Below the pieces are notes generated by a model, which was not told the DNA's origin, did no database searches, and was given only the letters and a program-made list of their open reading frames with translations. Positions 16,293 through 30,689 of a DNA stretch of 64,000 nucleotides are shown piece by piece. This DNA comes from Eledone cirrhosa (taxonomy: Eukaryota): NCBI GenBank assembly GCA_964016885.1, contig OZ024740.1, positions 42,966,001 through 43,030,000 of the forward strand, written 5' to 3'. A program made the translations under genes and the position numbers. Each line of letters begins with the position of its first letter. Position 1 is the first letter of the stretch.

Positions 16293-16528
16293 ATACCCTT
16301 CTGCCAGATAGTTGAACGTTCGAAAGTATATACTTTCCTTATGAAAATTAACGGCTGAGCAGCCTAATTGGCATATCGAGTGAGTTAAGTCGGTCAGGCA
16401 TACCGAAAACGATAAGTTGAGATAAAATGAAAACGAAATTTCATTTCTCACTCTTAGTACGGCACTTACTTAAATGTAAGTATATGTGTATACGTACATA
16501 CATATATGTATACAGACGTACAGTAGCA

Positions 16529-16576
<48 letters not shown>

Positions 16577-16727
16577 CAGGTACACATACATATATGCACG
16601 TATCAGTTTAGCGGACGCTTATTATAACGCCGCTTTGTTCGTTTGTAAATAAACTGAACAGCCCAAATTTTATGCCGTACGGTGTTAAGGCAACCACGTC
16701 ACCTTTTTGTTCAACACTGACACAGGA

Positions 16728-16770
16728 ACGATGTACTAGTTTCAAGCTTGTTAGCTATCATCAGCACCGT
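16728..16770 (-). ncRNA. Minimal type I hammerhead ribozyme (family E, intact copy)
   Basis: ACGGTG-CTGATGA-T AGCT aaca AGCT T-GAA-ACTAGT-A|CATCGT; 6-bp stem I and palindromic stem III. Confidence 0.85.
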
Positions 16771-17006
16771 ATACCCTTCTGCCAGATAGTTGAACGTTCG
16801 AAAGTATATACTTTCCTTATGAAAATTAACGGCTGAGCAGCCTAATTTGCATATCGAGTGAGTTAAGTCGGTCAGGCATACCGAAAACGATAAGTTGAGA
16901 TAAAATGAAAACGAAATTTCATTTCTCACTCTTAGTACGGCACTTACTTAAATGTAAGTATATGTGTATACGTACATACATATATGTATACAGACGTACA
17001 GTAGCA

Positions 17007-17055
<49 letters not shown>

Positions 17056-17350
17056 GTACACATACATATATGCACGTATCAGTTTAGCGGACGCTAATTA
17101 TAACGCCGCTTTGCTCGTTTGTAAACAAACTGAACAGCCCGAATTTTATTTAGTACGGTGTTAAGGCAACCACGTCACCTTTTTGTTCATCACTGACACA
17201 GGAACGATGTACTCATTTTATCTCAACTTATCGTTTTCGGTATGCCTGACCGACTTAACTCACTCGATATGCAAATTAGGTTGCTCAGCTGTTAATTTTC
17301 ATAAGGAAAGTATATACTTTCGAACGTTCAACTATCTGGCAGAAGGGTAT

Positions 17351-17393
17351 ACGCTGCTGATGATAGCTAACAAGCTTGAAACTAGTACATCGT
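17351..17393 (+). ncRNA. Hammerhead family E in the inverted unit
   Basis: ACGCTG-CTGATGA-TAGCTAACAAGCTT-GAAACTAGTA-CATCGT. Confidence 0.8.
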
Positions 17394-17546
17394 TCCTGTG
17401 TCAGTGTTGAACAAAAAGGTGACGTGGTTGCCTTAAGACCGTACGGCATAAAATTCGGGCTGTTCAGTTTGTTTACAAACGAATAAAGCGGCGTTATAAT
17501 AAGCGTCCGCTAAACTGATACGTGCATATATATATATGTGTACCTG

Positions 17547-17591
<45 letters not shown>

Positions 17592-17640
17592 GCTACTGTA
17601 CGTCTGTATACATATATGTATGTACGTATATACACATACT

Positions 17641-17731
<91 letters not shown>

Positions 17732-18097
17732 CACGTTTCTTTTAACTGGAGTTGCGACCGATAGATTGTATTTGCAATGGAAATACTGTTTGCTCGATCC
17801 GATTTGACGAAGTCGATCGATTTTCTTTATGTAATTGTGTGTGTGTATTAAAGTTTAGTAAGTTTCAGTGAGTAAAATCACTAAGTGAAGCAATATATAT
17901 TAAATTTAAGTGAAAAACAACTTCTGCAAACGAAACGACGGAACGGAGATCTATATATGATCGAGTTTATATTAAATATTTTTTTTGTCTATCTGGTTTG
18001 TAATCCCATAGATAGCGGTTTCTCTCATTTAAATATAATATAATATAATATAATATAATATAATTTAATATAATATAATATAATATATATATATATA

Positions 18098-18225
18098 TAA
18101 TTGAATATAAAAGGGAGATAAACACAGATATAAATATACATGTGTTCAAATCGAAATTGGTCCCTTACGATTTGAACACATGTATGTTTGTATCTGTGTT
18201 TATCTCTCTTTTGTATTCAATTATA
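18098..18225. repeat. Foldback hairpin (~55-bp arms) just upstream of a Penelope fragment
   Basis: aattgaatataaaagggagataaacacagata...catgtgttcaaatcg / cgatttgaacacatg...tatctgtgtttatctctcttttgtattcaatt. Confidence 0.7.
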
Positions 18226-18324
18226 TTACATGTCTCAGAAAAGCCTCTTTCTTTGAGCTATTTAATTGTAGGTGACTATCTTTAGTTTCTAACTCAATAT
18301 ATACCTTTGATATATATATATATC

Positions 18325-19173
18325 AATGGTATAAAAGCGTTAGCTAGAGCAGGATATAGTGATAAAATTATGTACATCGATAATAATAGGCAAACTAACC
18401 AATATAACAACAATTTTAATTACGGTAACAACTTTAACAACTATAATAGAAAACATTACAATAATTCCAAAAGCCAGAAAAGAAATAGAACTAGAAATAT
18501 AATATGGTTTGCCCCCCCTTTCTCACTAAATATTAAAACCCACATTGCTAAACTATTTTTTAATGCTCTTGACAAACGCTTCCCTAGAACACATAAATAT
18601 CACTCAATTTTTAATAGACATACTATAAAATTAACTTACTCGTCCACCAAAAACTTAGCACAAAATATTAACAGAATAAATAATAGGAATCTAAAACCTA
18701 GCCAAAATACCGATAATACCCTAAACAATATTCAATTAAACAACTGTAACTGTAGAAATAAATCTAAATGTCCGTTAAATAACAATTGCTTAGTTAAAAA
18801 TATAATATACAATTGTAATGTTAAAACTGACTTAAATTCTTTTAACTATGTTGGTTCCACCTCGACAGAATTTAAACTTCGCTATAATAATCATAAGAAT
18901 TCTTTCACAGATCCAGGCAAAAAATCTTCAAATTCACTATCAGGCTTACTCTGGCAACTTAAACATGATAAGGTTGGATATTCGTTGTTTTGGAATATAG
19001 TCTCAAGTGGGATTCCTTTTAATTCCTCATCTGAGACATGTGACCTCTGCGTGGAGGAGATATTCTTTATATTAAAATCTAAAAATTCCCTTAATCTAAG
19101 GAGCAATTTATTCAGTTGCTGCAGACATAGATTGAACTCAACGTTTAAATATAAATATAAATTTAAAATGTAG
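18325..19173 (+). mobile_element. 5'-truncated Penelope-like element: RT-thumb end plus uninterrupted GIY-YIG endonuclease (Naiad-like)
   Basis: ALARAGY...IIWFAPPFS...CNCRNKSKCPLNNNC..IIY...YVGST..FKLRYNNH...CDLC.EE...CCRH. Confidence 0.85.
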
Positions 19174-20724
19174 TATATTTAGTTAAGATATTTATTTAAT
19201 TAATTATGAAACATGACGATAAATCTTTCGATTCCTTCAACTTTTTCTTTTTTAAACCTTCTTCATAAATATATACTAATGATGTAATTAAACTACCCTT
19301 AAATGTTGATGCTCCCAATCTATTGAATAAATTTTACGCTAGATAAACTTCTATACTAAATATAAGAGCATCTGTAGAACAACAGGGTCTCCTAAATCTT
19401 TTAAATGATTTCTGCTAAATAAGTCTTGTTGAATAATTTTGGTTTTTTGTTTGCTTTTGATTCTGATTGCTTCTAATGAACTTGGCAATATATTGTCAGA
19501 TAAATTGGAAGGGTTGATTTCTGTGGTTGATATGGGGGGCATACTGTGTTTTTTAAGGCCCTAGACACTCTAGGGAATGATGAAAGTATTCTTAGCGTTT
19601 TGATATATTGATATCTGTTGTCTATTCTATACATGAACGATAATCATGTATGTGAGGGCAGGAATATTAATATTAATATATATTTTATATTTTTATGTAT
19701 GTGTATGTATGTATATATATATATATAGTAAAATCTTTTATAACGAAAAGGAAAATATTTTCATGTGAAATGAGAAATTACAGAGCTGATCACGTATGCT
19801 CACGTGTATATCTATAGTGTCAACTAGAACTTGAGATGACCTTCTCTTTTTCTCTATCTTTCTTTTTCCGGAAAGTACATATATACTTATGTATTTTGAA
19901 GTTTTATCTCAGGTTTTTGATATATCGACCTAAGAATTTTTAAACTAAACATATGGTCATTATTTTTCACACATTATATATCTATGTCTCATTCATGAAT
20001 ATTGATATTTACAGTATAATACCCAATTCATATAAATTGATAATTCAAATTGATAGGACAACGTAAAGTTGTAAATCTGTCATCCTTCTCTCTAGATATA
20101 GCTTTCTTCTCCTCCCTCTATACATGATGTAATCTATGTATCGCTGTTTTCTCTTTAGTTATTTTTTATTTTTCTCCGTCTCTTTAACACTATAACTAAA
20201 TAAATAAATAAATAAATAAATAATTACAGTACTCCCTCCCCCCTAAATCTCTCATTTTGCATGTTGAATTATTATTATTCATCTGTTACCTCAGCTGCCT
20301 CTCATTTTTCACCTCCTCACTATTTCTCTCTCACATATCTCTCTCTATCTCTCTCTGTTTTTCTTTACATACATTTATTCCTTCTCTCCGTCTTTCTTTC
20401 TAACTGTACTTAACACTAAATATTTACAAACATTTCACTATCAAACCAACTTTTTTAAATGGAAGTTGATCAATATTTTGTGGTACGTCAAATTTATTTA
20501 TAAAACTGCTTATATATTGTATTTTATCTGAAAAAGGCATGCCATATTTTTAATATGGTATCCCTGAAATATGTATAATGAAATAAATATGGTTTTATAA
20601 ATATAGTTTCCATTTGTTTAATATCGTATATCTACTCCAAAACTTGTTGAGTGCTTTATATCAGTTATAAAATATTTACTCGTTGTAACCCAACAATTTT
20701 AAATAAAACTTTTGCATATATATA

Positions 20725-22815
20725 TTTATTAAAATAACAGATTAAAGTTTAAGCAAAGAATCGCTGCTTTCACTCTTAACGGGATCTTCTGAAACTAACA
20801 AAGTCAATCTGTAAACGCAGAACTGGATATTTCAAAAAACGTTGCAACCGGAGGAAGACAGGAAGACGATACTTTGGTTAGTGGAAACGTTCGCTGGCAG
20901 AGAACGGGAAAAAACGAATAATACGTCATTAATAGGAGCGGTGAAAAACAATTACGCGCAAAGACAGAACCACGTTTATGGTATAAAAGAGGTCGTAGAC
21001 TAATGTTCTCTTAGGTGGTGCATAGAGACGTTCTCTGGCAATGAACGAAAAAACGAAGATAATAAGTCATATGTGGAGCGTGGATAACAATAGCACGCAA
21101 AGACAAAACCACGTAAATGGTATAGCAGAAGTCGTAGACTAAAATTCTAACTAGGAGACCAAATGAATCTCCGCTACAGAGTTAAGAACAAAGTAAATAA
21201 ATACAATACAGAAGTAATAGAAACAAATAAATACATACACGCAAACAGATACGTACATACACAAGCATACGCAAAACCTTACCATAGGTATACAAAACCA
21301 CGCACATATAAATATGTGTGTGTGTGTATGCTTGTGTACAAATAAATAAATAATTATATAAGCGTATATAAGTAAATAAATACGTATATAACAAGCGCAC
21401 ACACATACCTACAAATAAATACACGGATGTTCGGAGACGTAAGTCAACTAAAACAAGAAGTACACATATACACACACCCACCATACGTACGAACCTGCAT
21501 ACTCACGCAGACGCACAACTCCCGTATACACATAGCCAAACCCTAAATACCAGAATATGTAAAAATTATACGCCATAACAGTCAAATATACGTACGAGAG
21601 GGTATACATACCTTCACAAAACATACGGGTAATATATACTTACCTATGCAAATAAGTAAAGGAATAAACAAAACATATACTTAGCTCTCACATCAAGACG
21701 TAAAATATCCACGTATAGATCGTGCTATCCGTTAGGGTATAACGTGGGGCTGTAATACAGGAAAGTTTTGTGCAATTTATGTTTACAAGCCGAAATTGCC
21801 TCAGATTTTTTGTTTAAGATGTGGTCTGTGGCGTAGAATATTTCCAGGGCCTCAGCGGCGCAGAGGTCACATGGTCTTTTATTTCCGTTATACGATCTAG
21901 CCCTAGCTAGGATCTCCAAGTGTAATTTATAATGGGTGTGGTTGTCTTTTAGACTCCAGATATAAGCTAAAAGTGACGTCATATTCCTTCTTAGAAGGTA
22001 ACGAAAAGAATGGGTATGCACGTAAAGACGCTGCTTGAAACTATTGGCGGTTAACCCTGTGTAGGCCCTACGGGACGTGGGTGTTACAACCTTACATTTG
22101 TAGACAATGTTACTAGAGAGGCATTTCCCGGATAGGGGGCAATCAACCCGATTCCTACAATTACAGTCAGTACTAACTACAGGGCTGCACGTGTTCCTAC
22201 GGCTAGGTAGTTTAGCTAAATTTGAAGCTGTGATGTTATGTGCAAGGTTAGGAGTCGTAGAGTAAGAAATGTTAATAGTATTTCTATTAAAAATTTTACT
22301 ATATTTATGTGTAGGGGGAAAATGCTTCGTAATAAGGGAAAGAAAGATCTTAGCTAGTGGTGTGGCCACCTCCATATTATATGGTGGGTTAAACCAACAA
22401 ATGCGACGGGATCTATTTCTTATAGGTCTATTTTCGTACTCTGTATATGCTACCTTATCGACAAATCCACTTCGAGCAAGAGCTTCATTGTAATAAGTGG
22501 AATGGTCGTTGAAAATGCGCTCTTTGGTGGAAAGACGGGAAAGCCTCAACTGCCAGCGAACGTTTCCACGAACCAAAGTATCGTCTTCCTGTCTTCCTCC
22601 GGTTGCAACGTTTTTTTAAATATCCAGTTCTGCGTTTACAGATTGACTTTGTTAGCTTCAGAAGATCCCGTTAAGGGTGAAAGCAGCGATTCTTTGCTTA
22701 AACTTTAATCTGGTATTTTAATAAATATTTGCTCTACAGTTCTTATATATTTGATATATATTTTCCTTATCGAGCCCTCTTTGGATTTTAGTCTTCAATT
22801 TTATTATTATTACTA
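20725..22815 (-). mobile_element. 5'-truncated Penelope-like element with GIY-YIG ORF (21725-22550), 3' pLTR and inverted 5' pLTR
   Basis: ORF has WFNPPY, CNCRNRVDCPLSGKC, IVY...YTGLT...KQRLYVH and CDLC. 20725-20900 is inverted at 22550-22728. A ~140-bp duplication lies at 20885-21150. Confidence 0.88.
20746..20796 (-). ncRNA. Hammerhead-fold motif with CAGAAGA core (family L; other copies at 22654-22704 + and 52407-52457 -)
   Basis: Consensus of the three copies: AGTTT-CAGAAGA-T CCC gttaa GGG T-GAA-AGCA...TGCT-T|AAACT, with a distal CAGATT/AATCTG helix. Same sense as the PLE ORF. Confidence 0.6.
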
Positions 22816-22844
22816 TATATATATATATATATATATGCCTTAAC

Positions 22845-24345
22845 ATACGCAACAAAATATACAGATCTTTCAAGTAATGAAATTAATAGTATCCTTACTG
22901 CTAGAAAGTCTATTGTTAATTTCAATGGTGCAGTATGGAATAGAGCAGATTTACCCAGAAATTCTTACATCACCATGGGATCTACGGACTCGGCTCAGGT
23001 TACCGACCTCGTTGGAATGTTTATACTTAACCTAATTCACAGAAGATTACCTGAGCTTGGTGGCGGTTTAAATAGAGATGATGCTTTGTTTGTATTAATT
23101 AACCATAATAATACCGCCCTTAACAAGTAAAGAAAAAAATTAATTACTGATTTTTTAAAATAATTACGATCTTAAACTCGAAATCGAAATAATAATAGAA
23201 TAGTCAACTTTGTAGACATAACGTTAAACCTTAATTCTGGCCTTTACTACCATAAATTAAATGAAAACTTTAATTATGTTAGCTTATATTCAAACCACAC
23301 TAGAAACATTAAAAGGGTCATAGTTAATAGTGTTCAACAAAGAATCTCCAGACTAACAAAGAAATTTTCGATAGCAAGGCTAAATACTATAACATGCTTT
23401 AAATAGAGCAGGTTACTCTGATAAAATTGAGTACATAGACCAAAGTTTCCCCCCCCCCCCCCCCCGTATAGAAATTGTTGATGCCCAAAACCTAAGATAT
23501 GGAGTCAGACCAAATCCGATTTCGAATCAATATAACTCCTATAAAAGCAATAGGTTTTGTAAAAGAGTTCTATTACGTTCTGTTTTATGGTATAATCAAC
23601 CATTATCATTAGGAATCAAGAAGAACTTAATTTGTCTTTTCTTTAATGCTCTTGATAAATGTTTTCAAAAAAAACCCGCATAAATGTAGTAGAATCTTTA
23701 CCCGATACACACTCACACTTTCCTACGCGACTACTAAAAATATTGCCCAAAATATAGCGACAATTAACAATAGAAATCTCGGAACTAGTTATAGGGAGTT
23801 AAATCATAATGATAATCTTGGAATCACTAATGGAATAAACAACATCTCAATTAGCAACGATTACACCAGCAACATAGACGATGAAAACCTAAGAGACTTA
23901 TAGACACACAGAGGCATCATTGAACAGTAAGTAATTGTAATTGTAAAGAAAGTAATTTTTACCCGTTAAACATATCTGTCTTGATCGTAATTTAGTTTAT
24001 AAATGCTCAGTTAAAACAAAAGATAAGTCCTATAACTATATTGGTGCCACCTCTTCAAATCTTACAGAAAGAGGGTACAACCATCGCCACTCGTTTAAAA
24101 GAGAAGATACGGCCCTCTCTAAATTGATTTGGTCACTTAAAAGTAATAATATCGAATATTCTTGGCACAAACTTCTTTATGATTTGCTTTATAAAAATGC
24201 TTCCCTGTGTAAAGGATGTGACCTCTGTACCACTGAAAATTCTACATATCATTTATGATAGGCAATTGATCATTAATAAACGAACTGAAATCTTTAGCTC
24301 TTGTCTTCACATGTTTTCGAAAACGTTTCATAGAGTTTTTAGTTA
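22845..24345 (+). pseudogene. Degenerate Penelope-like RT plus GIY-YIG (Naiad-like)
   Basis: Frameshifted translation shows ITMGSTDSAQVTDLVG...GGGLNRDD, VNFVDITLNL, LWYNQP, CNC, YIGAT and CDLC. Confidence 0.85.
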
Positions 24346-25120
24346 AACGTAATAATAATAATAAATAAAATTAAATAAGCAATATTTTTTTATAGAATTT
24401 CGAAGCGATTTTATTATGTTAAATTAGAAAATAAAGACGAATAGACAAAATAAGTAAATTAATTTTTTTTCAGTATAACATTTTCATCTACCTTATCTTT
24501 AGTTAGTATATAAGTAAATTAAATTTAATATAAATTGATAAACTAGGCTATAACACATACATCTTTTCTTATAATAATAGTTACACAAATAGTTAATATT
24601 TTCCACTATTCGTATAATACCTACTTAAATATAATTGTTGTAAAGATAAATTAGGCCACGGTAATTGCATCTCTTCTTTTGAACTAATTAATTCATCTCT
24701 TAGCATTATAACCATATCAGTTATATAAAAATAACCATACCAGTTGTTAAATATCTTTCCACTCCCATAATACCAATTTAAATTATAAGTAAACACGGGT
24801 ATTTTACCTTTGAATTTTGTAATCCTAATTTTTCTTCTTTATTATTTAGATACAATATGATTCTTGCATCCTGGAATATTTTTTCTTTAGTATAATATAT
24901 TTTTTTAGTATAGTATTTATTTTAAGCTATTATAAGTAATATATAAACTGTCTAACAGTCTATATTTTTTTTTTTTTGCCTAATCTAACGTTAAGTATGT
25001 TTCTCCCATTCACGTAACATCTTCTGTGTTAGTTTCTTTTAATCATATTCATGGTTGTCACCGGTCTGTCTAGATCGTTTGACCACCAGTATATCAAAAG
25101 AATTCTACACCTCCTATGCA

Positions 25121-25190
25121 TTTTGTCTGACGAGGACATGTTTTGGATTATGTTATACATAAGCCGTGCATCTTTGAAATATGTACAATA
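25121..25190 (+). ncRNA. Degenerate hammerhead in the 3' pLTR of the preceding PLE
   Basis: CTGACGA-GGA...TCTTT-GAAATATGTA-CAA; stems are imperfect. Confidence 0.5.
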
Positions 25191-26069
25191 GAAAAAATAG
25201 AGATGATCTAAAGTAACTGTCTTTTGTTTATTATATATATATATATGTTTGTGTGTGTGTGTGTGTATGTATGTGTGTGTGTGTGTATAATACTCATACA
25301 GTTGTTACAGACCAACGAAATACGTACACACACCTCTACTTTTCCCTTCACAGCTCTGTATACACACACACTCCCTTATATTAAAATACTTGAGCTCGCA
25401 GCTTCGTACTTACAAGCACACATATCTACTTAAGTTCGATTCAAGCGGCACATTATTACTTGAGCAAGACAATTTACTTCACGTTACCCCAGTCTACTCA
25501 ACTGGCAAAGCTGAGTTGTACATGTAAGTCAAAAGAATAGCCTCGTGACACATTATATTACGAACAATATATTAGTTGTACATGTGGTTGTAAAATTCCC
25601 GTCCACCCGCATGATAATTTCACAAGCCGCTGACCTAGTGTTCAAACAACTGGACCCCTCGACGTCAAATGTTAAGAATCAGTAACAGTAATATAAGCGG
25701 AAAAGGGTTGAAATATTGAAGTTAAAGGAGAATTTAAAAGATGGCGGGGGGAGAAAGAAAAATATAACATCAAGCCAGCTTTCTACTTCTAGTAGGTCTA
25801 GTAACAAGATATTACCTCCTACTAACCTTTGTCTTTAATTGTGCGTGATTCACCACCACATCATTCTGCCTGTTTTTTTGTTTTCAGTCACTACCACATC
25901 TTTTTAACTTTCTTTGTTTTTCATCTTTTTTTCTTGACTTCAACACGACCTCATCATTCTTTCTAGTTTCGTGATAAATAGATGAAGTTCAATTATGTAA
26001 GTAATATATATGTATATACATACATGCAAACATAGATACATACACACATACATACATGCATACAAACAG

Positions 26070-26134
<65 letters not shown>

Positions 26135-26729
26135 AATCTCTCTCTATATATATGTGTGTGTGTATGTGTGTGTGTGTGTGTGTGTGCGTGCATGTATGTG
26201 TGTGTATATATGTGTACGAGAGTGTATATGTGTACGTGTGTGTCTATGTGTGTATGTGTAACTCTATTATTAGTTATACACTAATATCGTGACATCTTTT
26301 AACATACAAATATATACATACATTCGCATCTGACTAAGAGATGTGAGTAAACAAAAGAATCTTTATTTTCCATAGATATTCAGTTTTCATTTGATTAATT
26401 TGTTAGTAGTAATAAGCCAGTTCATTGCAACACAACTATTGATTTTGATACCTTAACATACCATAATATTCATAGCGTAATGTTTCTATATATATTCTTG
26501 CATTTCAGTTGAAGATATCTTGTTGAAACAAGAAGATTCCATCATGTATGATATATTACTTGTAATATTTTCTGACTTTGTAAAATATGGAATTTGGTAT
26601 CTAGTAACAATTATTGAGCCTGTATTCAGAAGATTAAATACATTTCATATTAAATTTATTTTTAGTTAGGGAAACATTAGAGACTGACCATTACGCAACA
26701 TTAGAAACTAGAACATATCAATAGTCTAC

Positions 26730-27445
26730 AGACAACGACCCAGCCACACCTATACCAAACACAATGATATATGCACATCTATTCTGTACACACAACATAA
26801 CTTTCCCACGTATACTGTATTCACAACACTATCATATCTATACTGTACATAAAACGTAACTTTAACACGTATAGTGTACACACATTGACACAACTCCATC
26901 TATACTATAAGAACAACGAAACAGCCTCACCTTTATCTTACACAAAGAAATTTACACAGCTGTACTGTACGCACAGTGACACTTTCAAATCTATGTTTTA
27001 CACACAGCCACACTGCCAAACATAACGACACATGACACGTCCACACCTATACTGTACAGTCAACGACACTTACGCACCTAAACTGTACACACAACGACAC
27101 TTACACTCCTAAACTATACAAACAAAGGCATTTACACATCCTGGACGTACATACGACAAATACTCACCTAAACCGAACGCACAACCACACTTACACACAT
27201 AAACTCTACACACAACGACCCTACCACATCTATAGTCTACACAGTGTAGCTTCCTCACCTATAATGTTCACACAACTACACTTCCACATATATAGTGTAC
27301 ATCTAACTACACTACTCCAACTATAGTGTACGCACAATGAAATACCCACTCCTATACGTTAAACACAACGACACACACTACCACATTTACACAGTGCACA
27401 TAGCGAAACATCCACACCAATGCTGTACACATAATGAAACTTTCG
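26730..27445. repeat. Degenerate ~31-bp minisatellite, about 22 copies
   Basis: Approximate consensus ACACAACGACACTTACACACCTATACTGTAC. Confidence 0.8.
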
Positions 27446-29885
27446 ACAAGCACCTCTCTTCCACCAGTAACCCCTTCACAAAGAACGAAGATATTTGTGA
27501 ATAGTTCACACTTCTAGGCGACAACACTCAATGGTTTGACAGTATTATATTCTATAGTTAAACTCTGCTATTGATATTTTATCATTCTACTCCTAAACGC
27601 AGTACTCTATAATTATCTATGGTACCATGTGCCCAGCTGCAAGACAAGCAGCTTATGTGGTCCATCAATCTATTGGCCAATAACACTCATCTCAGCAGTC
27701 CTCGATAGTTTTTTCGTACAATCATCATTCATTCGACACCTAGGTAGCTTATTCCATCTTAGCACTACCTCCATGGAAACAAACCTCAAATATTCAAAAT
27801 AACACCCTAGCTATAAATATTTACGAAAGAAAATAGAAATGCACAATTAAAAACAGGAGTGGAAGCACTATATGGCTGCTCAACATATTGTATAATATAT
27901 TCCTAGATAGTCAATGAACGAAGGAAGGTAGGGACGCTTTTAATTAGTTTTAATTAGTGAACCTTTGATCATTGTTTTACTCAGTGGCTAAATAATGTTG
28001 TTGTTGGACCAGCCTCGTTTAAGACGACGAGAACTTCAGCTAGGGAAATCAACGGAACTGCCTGCCCGGGAAATTAACGTGTAAGCGACGAATCATTCAA
28101 CAGAAACTTGCAGAACTACGTAGTTCTTAGTGAGATTAAATGTGACAATATTTGACATGCTGGTCCTTTGAATTCCAGACGCATCTCATGCCTCCTAGTT
28201 GAATGGACTTAAACAACTGAAATATAATGTCTTGCTTAAGAATGCAACGTGCCACCTGGTTAAGAATCGAATTCCCGACCGTTAGATCGGGAGCCCAGCA
28301 CTCTAAACACTACGTCACGCGCTAATCCCAACATCAATAAGAATTACCTTTAAATTAACTACAAATTTAAGTATCACATTATTTGATAATATCTGATAGC
28401 AATGCCACATACAAAGCAAACACAAGATCACTGAGTAAGTACTCAAGAATATATTTGACCCAAGTTGCTTAAGATACAATGCTGCTCAAATATTTAGTAT
28501 GGCTTCACTGCAGCATACACAAACAAAATCCAATTCGAACGAGTCAAACATAAGATTGATCCGCAAAATACACAGGCTCACGCAAGAAAACTACTGGTTC
28601 AATATGATAAAATAGGCTACTCTTCTATGAGCATGCTACCCTAATACAAGCACCAAAATCTCTCACATCATACATTGGGTCACCCCATTTTCTCCACATT
28701 TCTATGTTGTCTCTCCTAGCTCATCCACGAAAACAATCTAGCATGTATATCACACCAGTGTTGTAGGTCTTTAGAAAGTGCAGCCCGTTCACATTTTTTT
28801 ACAGATTTGGACGTGAAATATTTCAATCTGGATACCAAATTCCTGCCTTTCACCAATCTGGGAAGGCCACAGAATCTGATGGAAACTGTTCATTTCCTTT
28901 CTCCCATGATTGATTTATAAAATCAAATTTAAAACTTCATCAAATTCTCGATAATCTTAATCGCAGGTTGAAATAGCTGAATTTCGTTTTGTATTTCTTA
29001 ACAAAGAACAAATCTCTTTAACTATTCATTTGTTTAATAGCATGAAATAAGTCTGATAATATGTATTTAGTTGACCATATGTTCAATGTTCAATGAAATT
29101 TCATCCGAACAAATGCGTAATGTTTAATTTTTTCCGTTTTATTTAGTTTCAAATTTGCTGTTGCCAGCTTTAAATATACTCTCAATGTAACACTGAATAT
29201 TTGCTTTTATTTATCGATTAGTTTAATACATTTTCTGTAACTTGCAGCAACATTTGTATTTGCTTCTTGATCTAGTCTTTTATATTGATATATGTTTTAT
29301 TGATATTTCCTATTTTCGGAATAGATGTCGATATTTTATTTAAGAATCTTATTGTTTCGAAACTTAATAACAAAGATTAGAACAAGAACCAGTAAATATA
29401 AGCAAAAATCTAATAATTATAATATTGGTTCTTTTGAATAAAAGTTTATTCATTCATTTAGTTTTATTTGAATAATTTTGAATAAATTTACACTGATCAG
29501 TGCAAAATTGAAATGTCATCAATGAGTAAATAAAAGGGACAAACAGTAGTGATATAAAGTAAAAAAAAAACATACTGTCATATGAATATAAATATATTGT
29601 AAATATTTATATTTGAAGAGTATGAGTAGATATTAAAGTATAAATTGAGGATTCTATTTGTAAATCTACATTTCTATATGATTTCTTCATGAATCTATTG
29701 GTATTGAGCTCTGAATTTATGATTAAACAAATTTATAAGCCATACGGGATTACGGAAAGTATCGTCACGACTAGCTATGACTTGTGAGTGCTGCATGTAT
29801 GAGACTCGCTCAACAATACACAGAGACATGTAATATATCATATATATATAATATAAAATCAAAAGATGGTTAAAAGAGTTCCATG

Positions 29886-29956
29886 TATTTTATTATGTGC
29901 ATTTCAAAAACAAATATCATCATGGGATGATATTTGCGTTCTTATCAGATAAAATA
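29886..29956 (-). ncRNA. Hammerhead in PLE 3' pLTR (CTGATAA core)
   Basis: TATTTTAT-CTGATAA-GAACGCAAATATCATC ccat GATGATATTTGTTTTT-GAA-ATGCACAT-A|ATAAAATA. Confidence 0.7.
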
Positions 29957-30689
29957 GGGAGACATGATATGAAGCTTAAAAAACACTGGGAGCAGTAAAG
30001 TGTTAAATCAACATATGGAAAATAAAATTAGAGGGATATATGAGATTTGAAAAAAAGGAAAGGAAGGGGGAGGGAAAAGGTAAGGAAGAGGAAGAAAAAA
30101 TATAGATAGAGGAGAAAATATAATAATAAGGAAAGGATGACGGAGGAAGAGTATAAGAAGGAAGGATGAGAGAGGAGGAGAAAATGAGTGAGAGAGAGAG
30201 ATATAACCTTTAATACTGAGAAAAAGTTCACAGAGAAAAATTTAAGAAACCGTTGTAAGATAATACATAATTTAAAAAAAAAAGAAATTAAAAGTTAATG
30301 AGGTTTATGAATGTTGATGCTTATGATTAAAGAAAAAGGAATTAAGAATACTATTTATTTAAGGTTTATATATTGAAGGGTTTAATAAGATGTGCGAAAA
30401 GGAATTTATTAAAATGTATTATTAAAATAAAATATATTAAGAAGATAAGGTGAATGAAGATAAGGTTAAATGAATTATGAACTTAGAGGAATTAATTAGG
30501 GTCCAAGTTTGTTTCTATATATTGTAATAGGAAAAAGTAAATATAGATTTAATACGAGCATGGAAGGAGAGAAGAAAGAAAAAATTCAAGGAAGAAAAAT
30601 ATTCAAGTCAAAGAAATATGTTTACAAAATTTCTCTAATGGTAATATTAGTATATATTAAAAATAAAGTGGAAAGTTCTATGGGATTTA

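Noticed and set aside
18325-19173. Selenocysteine recoding, as reported for some Naiad elements
   Set aside because: There is no in-frame TGA in the intact GIY-YIG ORFs here and no recognisable SECIS.
26505-26555. Putative micro-exon (tttcag...gtatga)
   Set aside because: Isolated splice-like signals are expected by chance in AT-rich DNA, and there are no supporting neighbouring exons.
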